IMG/VR virus record: IMGVR_UViG_3300032313_000668 | Coordinates: 32,001-96,000 of that record | Source of the DNA: a virus | Direction: 5' to 3' (one strand) | Length of the DNA: 64,000 nucleotides | Shown here: positions 31,601 through 38,461 of the stretch, one piece after another | Layout of the letters: every line of letters begins with the position of its first letter | Numbering within the stretch: the stretch's first letter is position 1 | Program-made: the position numbers and the translations under genes | Notes under the pieces: model-generated | Database searches by the model: none | The model's input: the letters and a program-made list of their open reading frames with translations, nothing else | Told to the model about the DNA's origin: nothing

Positions 31601-31991
31601 CACGAGTTGAACGTGGGTGTGCAACTGGAAGAAGGTCTGTGTGTTCTGGCTTACCGTTTAGGACACGGTTTTGTTGAGCAAGAGTGACGTACTGAGAAAG
31701 TTCTGTAAGAGCGCGGTGCTTGCGAACAGAGAAAGGCTCTGCTTCATTCTTAGCAATCGAGCGGTCAACAATTGTCAATGCTGCACGAGCTGTAACTAAA
31801 CGAGTACCAGTAAATTCGGTGTTGGCTTCTTTAACAAGAGCGAGGGCAGCATCTTTAATCTTTTGTGTCTGCTCTTCAATAGTGCTGAGATTCTTTGCAC
31901 GCTTGATAGGTACGCAGTTAGGCACTTTTTTCCCGTTCTTCATTTTCATTCCGATTTGCTCGTATCCGTCCCAGCAAGGATTCTCAGCCAT
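22629..31991 (-). CDS. giant multidomain head-module protein: SH3/KOW-like repeats, DEDDh 3'-5' exonuclease, helical repeats, C-terminal HipA/PI3-4K-like kinase
   Basis: IVFDFETTG / AQNAKFD / HDGLNDA (Exo I-III); FMFK, AEAEV, NTDRHHVN and IDHG kinase motifs; lies between portal and protease. Confidence 0.85.
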   Translation of the reverse strand: MAENPCWDGYEQIGMKMKNGKKVPNCVPIKRAKNLSTIEEQTQKIKDAALALVKEANTEFTGTRLVTARAALTIVDRSIAKNEAEPFSVRKHRALTELSQYVTLAQQNRVLNGKPEHTDLLPVAHPRSTRAHDMTTASLMQSRARWVTDDPTIKDAAIKTLLASALTAHPASAEYEYSVARLESFPEGQIPQYALLAALGDGNSSAARRARAMRQRRDRKGRFAEMGGGLRALIRRVNGMIQNLNGRAVSQGIEGDTFDMETPDGRLFRVPAGNVEAIKAIIPSQQTKDGYSKGAAKASAKDPVLNEADLIEIEAPEGFRRDDAWSPKKEDQDLYGENVDLGVKYTDDAYDVIKMENNQFAKDQFEMAQQREREGQNVVAQGDGANGELDPNKPVFLVNRRGQEDDRPFAAVQSWAEVQDFIGQDEPRFEKNENPSPDRMGGGDDGGDKPPAKPVAELPEDGASEFPEGTEFIPGNPKASRAELSEYRKSLKDFRKNGGLVPLDPRKNWALLPDGSIVDRDSGEMLRNTERQVFLPDEEPGLMERIRERFAPKGAYEVDRDEYKPEGPINGQESPDFTDDPAELAQKFDQEELQESLKDAVEGTPEDPATGVGRLPFQEGDERVPAEALYNALKEQGVDVDKFLDDLYKFEKKEMADALAEADVAEAPVAKVPTKELPPLIEGMTPEEQRDFIDNGDYKKYLPENQEQDVPEGYVALDNEPFNEAIVDVPADAPEGFSNNPVDIALGYDKEELKGELRRAVEPANNMPGHGILAQETPEGEAYQASVPGEAIRDALQLQGEDTNALLKDIYAEGNDNEPSNQEIVDALEGENVQEEPAEAPQQAPQNAQRPDAAEPKAGLPADIAPQGAEGRAEAAEGVERLGSQEADLAMGEPRREMVAAKNLQPGDIAVRDNEFFVIEEVAAPADLSEGGQKDKGRNRINVKGYYPGHQTQDRDWFAEGKIEVIRGAAAPAKGNAEPLNKPKLEDYVGGRKDMKKIDGEWGAKDPAIQEKYAADLAAHKAAVQAASANFVDPTKREEDGFVDNAAQADALPAAAAGGPPNGPFIVKVKAKDLQIGDISTKDHFRIVDIKAGEGDKIIIVGHYPGQGLQEKQWKPDTRIEVYRGIPEDQAPQLGEGSLHRPAGRGPKGGWFPIEDTALNAEHEAKLAEVKGRWIPPENLPIVSFGDVTGENKLEDNIKLPPKPREPAYPAFMGKFAEWAKEAQGNWAEFKKKLAGQDLIVFDFETTGVDVKDGNEPWQIAAVKMRDGKIVDRINIFMNPGRSLKGTYAGENAKDPDGNPLTDEFFADKPSQAEGLAQFLEWAGANPLAIAQNAKFDDEIMKRKAAELGLEWNPAGMADTMGMAAEIFKDAPDAPDKKGLGVIAEFLGIKNENWHDGLNDAEVTAQAFTKLIDLAASGDFGVAALDADAQKAAYDAKMAALQPRIDEFNKAAADYVAKKALRDGLAGKPVDLAEIQKEIPAALPEGPIDNVGAMDNPEQAPKPQADLVDVQIDSAFPDGKMRIAEPEFANDLEKVDQLFRGEIKANDLRPGDFVKAIKDKEEFFQVVSIRGGEEFGVEEFKRRIVVQNPEGEQKVVFWNQNAFLDEVRRPKNRAELAGEPLPEVERTPEDVNKQAVTVAAGNAVLEITQDGDEFIAKGRILDNEGNEIYVFEGRYLSQAGAEAEGKALLRRAAVEQADAARRNEGKPESKEKSVAVGVEPANVDQLPVVEVVEDLPVGEGQNEITPQLVDAEIVFKSDAKVVDEGEVVAQIVENFPDRKAASEGGRNNIDAMADALAEQIKEQRDGLLLRSDGRGRRNLPPIPEKYRRQVFLRMLAGLYADSNGNPLAIGDKVIHENPAKADKYGEGEVIGKVQGEIGGLQRKGVVYVDYVLVKYPNGDVRKFASRFQRHVDGAVAKQRFDAEPRINWMNQEEMDIALAERRKKPRKGNEAVDAADAEVEEVVGDVKNVADGVVPEAVEGQPVAKPSFVHDIDWFKENVKPQAFAAGDVKVGDFLPTKGDKNIGRVVAIEDLDRAVRIKVEYPNGRQWEYNPIAKGFELPNVYRMDNAEAPAAPAVPAAPAIEEKAPSVEAPQAPAAEAPAVEEVAPEVAPVPEAPAAAAGDPFVDLEDPEAIRAKLGELAAKMPKFRNNRAERNARWARRRIDELNEELGRGPVDRVGSYEINDAIRYASKIVDPALKAQILPELEKLRDNIDAKKAEIRKKRADAIAENLKNPIDGVAIPENVDALNRQGVIDVLKEFDNRLPNRQNYDIDRDLYQGGQYVRNAIDKLERLGEADFDRLDPDYLDSAIKYIRRAGIDADAQNALADKLEALNGVINEKALADRAVRHAKFIQRMNQPLADDAFPANAEELNREKVAGALDAVIALLPTSEERDADDDLYRAADRIRSYRAQLENNDPDTIGDYEIKRAIEQLRRRKDPRQDEIAQKLEDMLKLVEDNKAIFREQRLAAYKKRLAKPFDENLVIGTPAELDKDNLVDIFKALQEKLPQPNEIDADRQVRRAGEYAQKGLDAAERLANGDENALKNFDDTPLQKIIEKVNAYGNDEEKQIAEFAQKALDQLVEKKNLLKGEARDKFLARRNAELPEDIMPGEGKESKDDFLKLVEQIIDRLPKDEDEDADRKPIRALDNLRNFRDNLSSAADPLVADMSNLSEAIRGLNGANDEKYKEFGDKLQEMQDFMVRRVLERPIRPFAGINLEEVDPIALAEDRVAAGENKFQAKEKIKALFADDKVFEDSPFLRPFKDKIQEFFNGDANPMAALDLRERQAVAQKVSELLKSSGKDKETASELVDLAIALHQERDFYQPQRNDLGAIGLRLMTIEPKKFFAAAKKAGPNGDLVIDGQDTGFTVKQVSTGINSGENFFVTDKATGQKFMFKREQTPQAARAEAEVARITAALGIGGRVFSEVHELDPGVVVQTFAGDTLRLTGPATGFVNVENKIGRTEGAAEKATLIDTIRMGILDAVISNTDRHHVNFQFGNIDAAGVGDNGHENAHIIPIDHGFASALNDDKSRNMYDAKEFALRIGRYGRDGGAIVEQMAKKLGAEAYKKLVDMSIQQAIQYLESLEPGQMRPAQLARIIQRLKEIEAIDVNEWRKMTGRD

Positions 31992-33328
31992 TACATATCT
32001 CCCTTAGGTAGCAAATCAGCATCGAGGCTGTCGTGTTTCATTGTTGCGAGCATTGATGCACGCTTAAATGGGTCTTCACCATTCTTAACTGCGCGAAGCC
32101 ATGAGGCACGGAATGCTGGCTCTGCTTCGTATCCCAAACCAGAGAACTCTGTAAGAGCAAGAATTGCCTGCTCTGGTGTTTCATAGTTAAGGTCTACAGT
32201 CAATTGAGTCTCTGCATATGCAGATGCAAGAAGAAGTTCTAGGTTGTCATCACGACGCTGTGGAACATCGTAACCAGATACTGAACCTTCTGGAAGAACA
32301 GCGAAACGGCACTTGCCATCTGCTTCAACTTCAAGAGAGATAATCTGACACTTGTTAGGGCCTTGGAAGAATACGCAGTTTGAACACTTAACGCCGATGT
32401 CTTTAACTTCGTTCTCATAAGCAGGTGTGTAACCAGCCCACACTCCGTCGCCATCTTGGTCAAATGGACCGTGCTTCTGAGTAATTGCAATAAGTGCATC
32501 TGCTAAATCTTGTTCTTCTGGAATCAAACCAGATGCTGTGACTGCCTGACCCTTAGAACTAACTTTTGTAGAACGTGGGTGTGAAACTGGTAGAAGGTCG
32601 TTGTCTGCTTTGTAGGAAGCGTTAAGTGGCTTACCTGCGCTAAGTAAACGAAGGAATGCATCAACACGAGTCATTGCCCAACGACTACGAGTTGTTCCTT
32701 GGTGTTGTGAAACTGAGAATGAAGATGCGCCACGACGGTAAACAGCTTTAACCATTGCAACAGATGCTTTACGGTCAGATGCTGCGTACTTGTTGTAGTC
32801 CTCAACTTTTTTCTTTAATGCTTTTTCTGCACGAACACCAAATCCAACTGTGTAAGCAACGGCTTTAGGCTCTGCTGGTTCGGACACAGCGGCAGGTGTT
32901 GGTTCTTCTGTCTTCTCTTCTGTTACTGGACCACCAGCAACCCAAGCGCGGCAGGTGCGTGCTGATGCACACTTAAAATCAAATGCTTCGCAGTAGCCAA
33001 GTTCGCCTGCTGCATCAATTGCATCAAACTCATCTGCGTTATCGGTTAGACCAGTCTCAATGCATGAAAGCATCTCTGGTGTCTGAATGAATACAGCGCA
33101 ATTTCCGCAAGTCTGCTTCTTCGCAGTCTCTACATCAACGCCCCACTCGCCTCCAAGTGCAGTCCAATACTCTTCGTTTGGCTCTGCTGGATTAAGTGGA
33201 CCGTACATTGCTGTATCGATTGCGTTCTTGCGGTTCTTAAGATTAAGTGCGATATCTTGTGTCGCAGGTGGGCAACCTTCTGCTGCTGCAGTTACAGGAG
33301 TTATTGGGATTAACTTCTTTTCAGACAT
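31991..33328 (-). CDS. head-associated protein with two Cys4 domains
   Basis: CGNC..F...GYC...C and CSNC.FF...C...GKC; VYRRG...WAMTRVDAFL domain; directly after the portal. Confidence 0.75.
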   Translation of the reverse strand: MSEKKLIPITPVTAAAEGCPPATQDIALNLKNRKNAIDTAMYGPLNPAEPNEEYWTALGGEWGVDVETAKKQTCGNCAVFIQTPEMLSCIETGLTDNADEFDAIDAAGELGYCEAFDFKCASARTCRAWVAGGPVTEEKTEEPTPAAVSEPAEPKAVAYTVGFGVRAEKALKKKVEDYNKYAASDRKASVAMVKAVYRRGASSFSVSQHQGTTRSRWAMTRVDAFLRLLSAGKPLNASYKADNDLLPVSHPRSTKVSSKGQAVTASGLIPEEQDLADALIAITQKHGPFDQDGDGVWAGYTPAYENEVKDIGVKCSNCVFFQGPNKCQIISLEVEADGKCRFAVLPEGSVSGYDVPQRRDDNLELLLASAYAETQLTVDLNYETPEQAILALTEFSGLGYEAEPAFRASWLRAVKNGEDPFKRASMLATMKHDSLDADLLPKGDM

Positions 33329-35091
33329 TACTGCGCTGCCTCTGGTGTCTCAGGTGTTACACCTTCTGCTTCAGGTGTTGCACCTTCTTCTGGTGCAGGA
33401 GTTTCTCCAGCAAGAACATCTGCAACGTTGGCTGGTAGAGGTGCAACTGATGCAGCCTGTTGAGCAGCCTTAACTGCGTTCATCATGTCTGGAGCAACAG
33501 CAGCAAGCATTGCTTCTGTTAGCTCAGGTGTCATTGCACCCTTTTCAGTCATCATGCGAAGTGCAAGTTCATTTGGAGTTGGTGCATCTTGGTCTGAGAA
33601 TCCGTGAGCACGACGCCATGTGTCAGAAGAAACTGCCATACGGTCATAACCTGCATCTGCATCTGCAGCGCGGTCGTTACGTGTGGAAACTGCTGATGGG
33701 TCATACCAAACTGTGATTCGGTTTGCTTCAGACTCTGTGTAACCATTTGCCATGAGGTATGGACGTAAGTAAACAACTGTGAGTGAGTCACAGATAAGAA
33801 GCATCATTGGCTCGATGTGTGCCTTGTAAAGTGCTTCGTCAATCTGTAGAGCGTTTGAGTACTTAACGTTTGCTAGACCTGTTACAACATCCTTTGGAAC
33901 ATCTAGTCCCTGCAAGATGCGCTCTAGTACACGGTCTGAACGCTCAGCAAGTGCTGGGTCGAATGAACGCTCGAACTTGAACTGCTTAATCTTGTCACCA
34001 AGTTCTGCAGGACCACGAATGATAAGCGGAACAACTGCTGATGCGGACTCTTCGTCACGAATCGGAGTTGTCATCGCATCGATTAGTTGTTCTTCGAATT
34101 CATCTTCTGCTTCTTCAGCAGTAAAGCCTGCGCCGACGCCATCCTCAGAATCGTATGGGTAGTCTGGGTCCGCTTGCGCCGCAACCGAGAGACCATCTGG
34201 AAGATAAAGAGCACCAGCATTGAGGCGAGAGCGAGCCGTCGCACGGAATGTCCTGTTCAGTAGTAGGAGTTCAGCACATAGGTCTAGTAGACCGCGTAGT
34301 GATGAGTCAGCTTCGTCAGAGAATCGTGGGTGTGAACGCCAGATGCGTCCTACGAAAGCTTTGTTGCCAAGACGAGAAACACCGAATGCTTGTCCTTGTC
34401 CTTGAGTTTGCTCACGGCGACCGATGACATTAAGTCCACCCTTTGCGTCAGTGATAACTTCATCAACGGAACGGACGTCCCAAGATTCAGGAGTTCCTGT
34501 TCCAACCTTTGCTGGCATCTGTACTAAGTAGCACTCACCTGCAACAGAAAGATTTAGAGCTGCATCTTTTAGAAGACCTGCTTGTCCACCGTATGCAGAG
34601 TTAAGGCGCTCAAGTGCACGCTCTGCAGCAGATGCAAGTTGTTGGTCAACAACACGAGACTCGTTTACTGAAACTGGAGCCTGTGATGCATCGTCAACAG
34701 CAGCGGCGAAAATTCGGATTCGTGAAACTACAGATGCAACAAGATTGAATGCATACTTGATTTCACCGATTGCGTCGTAGTATTCCCAAGCTTCTTGTTG
34801 CCATGCGCTAGAAGATGCGTGACGACGAGTTTTAAACTGCTCAAATTCTCCTTTGTCGTTAACTTTTACCTGCGCAGCGGCAGCAGTCATTGAACGGGGA
34901 GCGTTATATGAAAGTGGTTTAGGAGTGTTTGCTCCTGAAGTAAAGATTGATGAAAGACCAGTTGGCTTAGGTGCCTGTTGGTTGATGACTACTTGAGTCG
35001 AACGATTCGTGGAGCGCTTTTTACGAGGTTTGCTTGTTGCAGCAGGAGCCACTGGCTCTACTACTGGCTCTTCTTTTTTGAATACGCTCAT
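33328..35091 (-). CDS. portal protein
   Basis: WQQEAWEYYDAIGE, GECYL, RIWRSHP..S.EADS, SAVVP and GLDVP motifs; heads the head module. Confidence 0.9.
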   Translation of the reverse strand: MSVFKKEEPVVEPVAPAATSKPRKKRSTNRSTQVVINQQAPKPTGLSSIFTSGANTPKPLSYNAPRSMTAAAAQVKVNDKGEFEQFKTRRHASSSAWQQEAWEYYDAIGEIKYAFNLVASVVSRIRIFAAAVDDASQAPVSVNESRVVDQQLASAAERALERLNSAYGGQAGLLKDAALNLSVAGECYLVQMPAKVGTGTPESWDVRSVDEVITDAKGGLNVIGRREQTQGQGQAFGVSRLGNKAFVGRIWRSHPRFSDEADSSLRGLLDLCAELLLLNRTFRATARSRLNAGALYLPDGLSVAAQADPDYPYDSEDGVGAGFTAEEAEDEFEEQLIDAMTTPIRDEESASAVVPLIIRGPAELGDKIKQFKFERSFDPALAERSDRVLERILQGLDVPKDVVTGLANVKYSNALQIDEALYKAHIEPMMLLICDSLTVVYLRPYLMANGYTESEANRITVWYDPSAVSTRNDRAADADAGYDRMAVSSDTWRRAHGFSDQDAPTPNELALRMMTEKGAMTPELTEAMLAAVAPDMMNAVKAAQQAASVAPLPANVADVLAGETPAPEEGATPEAEGVTPETPEAAQ

Positions 35092-35130
35092 TGGCGATTC
35101 TCCTCGTCATGTTTGTTACGGAGCATGAAG

Positions 35131-35418
35131 TTATTTATCCTCATACGCAGTTAACAGCCCTGCTACTGCGGATAAGGCGAATACCGAAGCCACAGCAATA
35201 GTTACTGTAGTAATGATAGCAAAGCCTAGAAGGATTGATGCTACCCAAATGGACAAACACCACTCACAGGTTAACAGGTATCCGAGTTTTTTAGACTCGG
35301 GTGGGAACTTGCTCCACCACCAGTTGCGGAACCCTTCGGTAATAACGTCCCGCGTTAATAGTCTGGTAATTCTGTAAGTTGCTAGGGCAAGAATAATAAA
35401 GCTAAACCAATCAAGCAT
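35131..35418 (-). CDS. DUF1360-like membrane protein
   Basis: LATYRITRL...D.I and LLTCEWCLSIW. Confidence 0.8.
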   Translation of the reverse strand: MLDWFSFIILALATYRITRLLTRDVITEGFRNWWWSKFPPESKKLGYLLTCEWCLSIWVASILLGFAIITTVTIAVASVFALSAVAGLLTAYEDK

Positions 35419-35782
35419 TTGGGTCCTCGCTCGAGGTCACGATGGCAGAACCCCGAGGATTCCAGCCACGTAGTCGAGAACCACAGCCGCAGTTGTCGTC
35501 TCGGAGGATGGCAATGATTTTTCCTGAATCAGTCAAGATATGGGTAGTTTTGCCTTCGTTAGACATTTCTTTTACTTGCTCTCTAAAAATGACCTTTGGG
35601 CCTTCTGGGGAGTCTTGAGCAATAAGAAGGATGTTCTCAATTACTACGGCACGAGTTCTATCAACTCGACGCGTCCCCTGAGGGGCATCGCCAGTAGTTT
35701 TAAGCTGGGTATAGTCATCTAAGGACCCAGGCTCAGCTAGTCGAACGACGGCGGGGAAAATATCTACATGCTTGCGCATCAT
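35411..35782 (-). CDS. hypothetical protein
   Basis: Coupled ORF with CGCGSRLRGWNP motif. Confidence 0.7.
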   Translation of the reverse strand: MMRKHVDIFPAVVRLAEPGSLDDYTQLKTTGDAPQGTRRVDRTRAVVIENILLIAQDSPEGPKVIFREQVKEMSNEGKTTHILTDSGKIIAILRDDNCGCGSRLRGWNPRGSAIVTSSEDPNA

Positions 35783-36111
35783 TCAACATACTCCGATGGA
35801 ACATAAAAGTTATCCCAGCCCCAAGCGAGCTTGGCAACTTCTAGCGGAACAACTAATGGATGGGTGCGCTTAGTATTCTGAATCATTTCGTAAACCTCGT
35901 CACGAGTATGTACAAATGTCGCATTTCGCCATGAACGGTTAGTTGTAAGGCTCTTAATAGGGAAAGCCATTGGATAACGGCTGTTTTCGGAGGTCATTGT
36001 CTCAAGTGCTCGTGATTGTCTTGAACTCTTGGATTTCGGGTTCATCCACACAACAATGGCTAATTCATTCTCTGCGTAGGTGCCTGTAAGTGTCTTGTAT
36101 TGACGGCTCAC
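35779..36111 (-). CDS. hypothetical protein
   Basis: Coupled ORF in the operon. Confidence 0.65.
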   Translation of the reverse strand: MSRQYKTLTGTYAENELAIVVWMNPKSKSSRQSRALETMTSENSRYPMAFPIKSLTTNRSWRNATFVHTRDEVYEMIQNTKRTHPLVVPLEVAKLAWGWDNFYVPSEYVE

Positions 36112-36608
36112 TACTTACTCAACCTTCTAGCCATGGCTCGGTAAGAAACTCCTGCTGCTTCAGCAATAGAGGCGGTTGGAACGCCCATAGAACGCAGTGT
36201 GCGTGCTACAGCGGTCAATTCATCGTTAGCCTGCGCCAAGGGGCTATCAGGGGCTGTCTTAGCCCTATAACGCTTTGCTAGGTCTGAAAGCTGCTTAAGG
36301 CGTGGTCTCATGTCTGTGGGGACTCCAGGGCTGATTGAGCGTAGGCGCGGAGCAGACTTGGTAGGAACTGAAGTTGTTAAGGATTTAGGTGGAGGGGCAG
36401 GGATTGCTCTCTGCTGCTCAATAGTCGCGGCTCGCTTTACCCAGAAGTGGATAGTTGTCTTAGGGCGTTGTGGATTAAGGGAATTACCAAGAACTTGAAG
36501 AGACCAGCCAGCTTCCCAGAGGGAGCGGAGGCGGGACTCAGCTTCTGGACGTGGCAATGCCGCGATGAAAGTAACTTCATCCTGGGGCAATTGATTCTTT
36601 AGGTCCAT
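36111..36608 (-). CDS. double helix-turn-helix DNA-binding protein
   Basis: GWSLQVLG...KTTIHFWV and GVPTASIAEAAGVSYRAMARRL; apparently leaderless. Confidence 0.7.
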   Translation of the reverse strand: MDLKNQLPQDEVTFIAALPRPEAESRLRSLWEAGWSLQVLGNSLNPQRPKTTIHFWVKRAATIEQQRAIPAPPPKSLTTSVPTKSAPRLRSISPGVPTDMRPRLKQLSDLAKRYRAKTAPDSPLAQANDELTAVARTLRSMGVPTASIAEAAGVSYRAMARRLSK

Positions 36609-36614
36609 TCACTT

Positions 36615-36643
36615 ATCGTACAGTATTTTGAGGTTGGTGTACG
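36615..36643 (-). promoter_or_regulatory. putative late-operon promoter
   Basis: CGTACA-17 nt-TACGAT, with the -10 just upstream of the ATG. Confidence 0.45.
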
Positions 36644-37110
36644 GGAAAACTACGAGGGGCATAGTCATTGTACGAAGCGGACGCTTCTCTGAACCTTTAC
36701 GTTAAAATGCTTTTGACCTGTGAGACGGAAGTGCTATATTTTGGGACTTCTTCAAATCGTTTCCAAGTTCTTTTTCTGGATTTTTGTAGTCGATTGGATT
36801 TTTGCTTTTTGCTTGCTTTCTGGGCTTTGTGATGCGCTTTTAGTTTTATTTCTGGCTCTGAGACTACATTTCAATAGGCATAGGCACTAATAGTTCTTTT
36901 GTTGTGTATCTAGTCAATGCTTTTAGTGCCTAGTGAGTCTTTATTATGTGTTTGTAGTCTTAGATGAGCAACTAGTTCATGATGTTGATGTTGTTGTGAT
37001 GTCTACCAAGATGACTAGTGTGTCTGACTTGACAACTATCAAATAAGTCTTTGCACTCTCACACCTAGAGTGCTAATGCCAACTAGAAACGACACACCTA
37101 GTAGATAGAC

Positions 37111-37138
37111 TTGACAAAGTGCAGGGAAGTATTATGAT
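37111..37138 (+). promoter_or_regulatory. SigA-type early promoter with TGCAGGGAAG spacer motif
   Basis: TTGACA-16-TATGAT; GACAC 15 nt upstream of the -35. Confidence 0.8.
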
Positions 37139-37181
37139 TGTATTAGTAGGACAAGCCTACGAAACGACGAAGGGAATCAAG

Positions 37182-37415
37182 GTGCCTAAGCACACACACC
37201 TAGTAGTTGCCTACAACCACGAAACCAAGACCTTTTGGTTCGATGGTGATGGGTCAAGGGAATGGATACGCAGAGCCATGGAGATAGAAACTAATACATG
37301 GTCAGACGAAGACGAAGCCTATGTGTCAATAGACAAGGCTTTAGAAGATGAAGCAGTCGAAGCACTCGACCGCATGGGTATAGCAGTAGAACAAAACAAC
37401 TGGCAGGAAAGGTAA
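37182..37415 (+). CDS. hypothetical early protein
   Basis: GTG after the AAACGACGAAGGGA leader. Confidence 0.7.
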   Translation: MPKHTHLVVAYNHETKTFWFDGDGSREWIRRAMEIETNTWSDEDEAYVSIDKALEDEAVEALDRMGIAVEQNNWQER

Positions 37416-37420
37416 TCCGC

Positions 37421-37795
37421 ATGAAACTCGCAATTAGAATCACAACCGCAGGCACTATCGAAGAGTTAGACCTATCAGGGGACAACAGCCTAGACACACT
37501 ACAGACAGCCGTAGGTGGGTGGGTGCAGGCTATTGACCTAGATGAGTCCCTCACTATGTGGCTAAACGAAGAGGGAAAGCTTGTGGGACTACCGCACAAC
37601 CCGTATGCACAGTTCGCATGGGATAAAAGGTTCGGGGCTCACACAGATTACACAGTCGGAGATGTAGTCTTCACAGGTGGAACAGACGACGAGGGCTATA
37701 CCCTAGGGCTTGACCAAGACACCGCAGACCAAATCCGCATGATGGTTCAGCAAGTGGCACAGATAATCGAGCCAAGAATCGAAGTAGTCTTCTAA
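37421..37795 (+). CDS. DUF3846-like protein
   Basis: LQTAVGGWVQ, NEEGKL.GLP.N and GDVVFTG. Confidence 0.8.
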   Translation: MKLAIRITTAGTIEELDLSGDNSLDTLQTAVGGWVQAIDLDESLTMWLNEEGKLVGLPHNPYAQFAWDKRFGAHTDYTVGDVVFTGGTDDEGYTLGLDQDTADQIRMMVQQVAQIIEPRIEVVF

Positions 37796-37807
37796 TAACT
37801 CACGGGA

Positions 37808-37834
37808 AGAGCCCTCCGCAAGGGGGGCTTTTTT
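37808..37834 (+). terminator. rho-independent terminator
   Basis: AGCCCTCC-GCAA-GGGGGGCT-TTTTT. Confidence 0.85.
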
Positions 37835-37872
37835 CGTTATCAAACCGTTATACGACACGCAGGTAAATCAGT

Positions 37873-37901
37873 TTGACAAAGTGCAGGAAGGTTAGTATCT
37901 T
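37873..37901 (+). promoter_or_regulatory. SigA-type early promoter with TGCAGGAAG motif
   Basis: TTGACA-17-TATCTT; GACAC 14 nt upstream; GTTATC direct repeat. Confidence 0.75.
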
Positions 37902-37948
37902 TATTACATAGGCACAAAGCCTAGACAGAAACGACGAAGGGGAAACAG

Positions 37949-38173
37949 ATGTATAAGAATTACGGCATCAAGGTAACCGCACTAGGCACTACTTACTATT
38001 TCGTAGTAGACACTCTAGACAAGGTTCGTGAGTTGTATGAAGGTTCACACAGCATCACACTATTCGAGGTGACTGAAGAAACTCTCACAACAGGTGAGCC
38101 AACAGTCTTCCGCATCATGTCAGACCGTGAAGTTGCAGATGCTATCTTCACAACCGAGGGTGCAACCCTCTAA
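37949..38173 (+). CDS. hypothetical early protein
   Basis: AACGACGAAGGGG leader then ATG. Confidence 0.7.
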   Translation: MYKNYGIKVTALGTTYYFVVDTLDKVRELYEGSHSITLFEVTEETLTTGEPTVFRIMSDREVADAIFTTEGATL

Positions 38174-38196
38174 ACCGTAACGAAGGAAGAACACCC

Positions 38197-38322
38197 ATGG
38201 ACACTACGGTAGAAACAGAATGTGCTTGCAGGTCATGTTGCAAGACAGAGTTATACAGCAGGCTCTATTGCCAAGATTGCTACGACATGGCTTGTAGCAA
38301 GACAGACGAAGACCAGCACTAA
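38197..38322 (+). CDS. small Cys-rich protein (41 aa, not in the ORF track)
   Basis: GAAGGA RBS; MDTTVETECACRSCCKTELYSRLYCQDCYDMACSKTDEDQH. Confidence 0.6.
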   Translation: MDTTVETECACRSCCKTELYSRLYCQDCYDMACSKTDEDQH

Positions 38323-38333
38323 GACTCAAGAAG

Positions 38334-38362
38334 GAGCCTCCCGCAAGGGGGGCTTTTTCTTT
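38334..38362 (+). terminator. rho-independent terminator
   Basis: AGCCTCCC-GCAA-GGGGGGCT-TTTT; near copy of the one at 37808. Confidence 0.85.
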
Positions 38363-38397
38363 TGCGACACGCCGAGAAAAATAAATGCAGAATAGAC

Positions 38398-38426
38398 TTG
38401 ACAAAGTGCAGGAAGGTTGCAATACT
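38398..38426 (+). promoter_or_regulatory. SigA-type early promoter with TGCAGGAAG motif
   Basis: TTGACA-17-AATACT; CGACACGCCG upstream. Confidence 0.75.
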
Positions 38427-38461
38427 TAGACCACAAGCAAGAAACGACGAAGGGAATCAAG

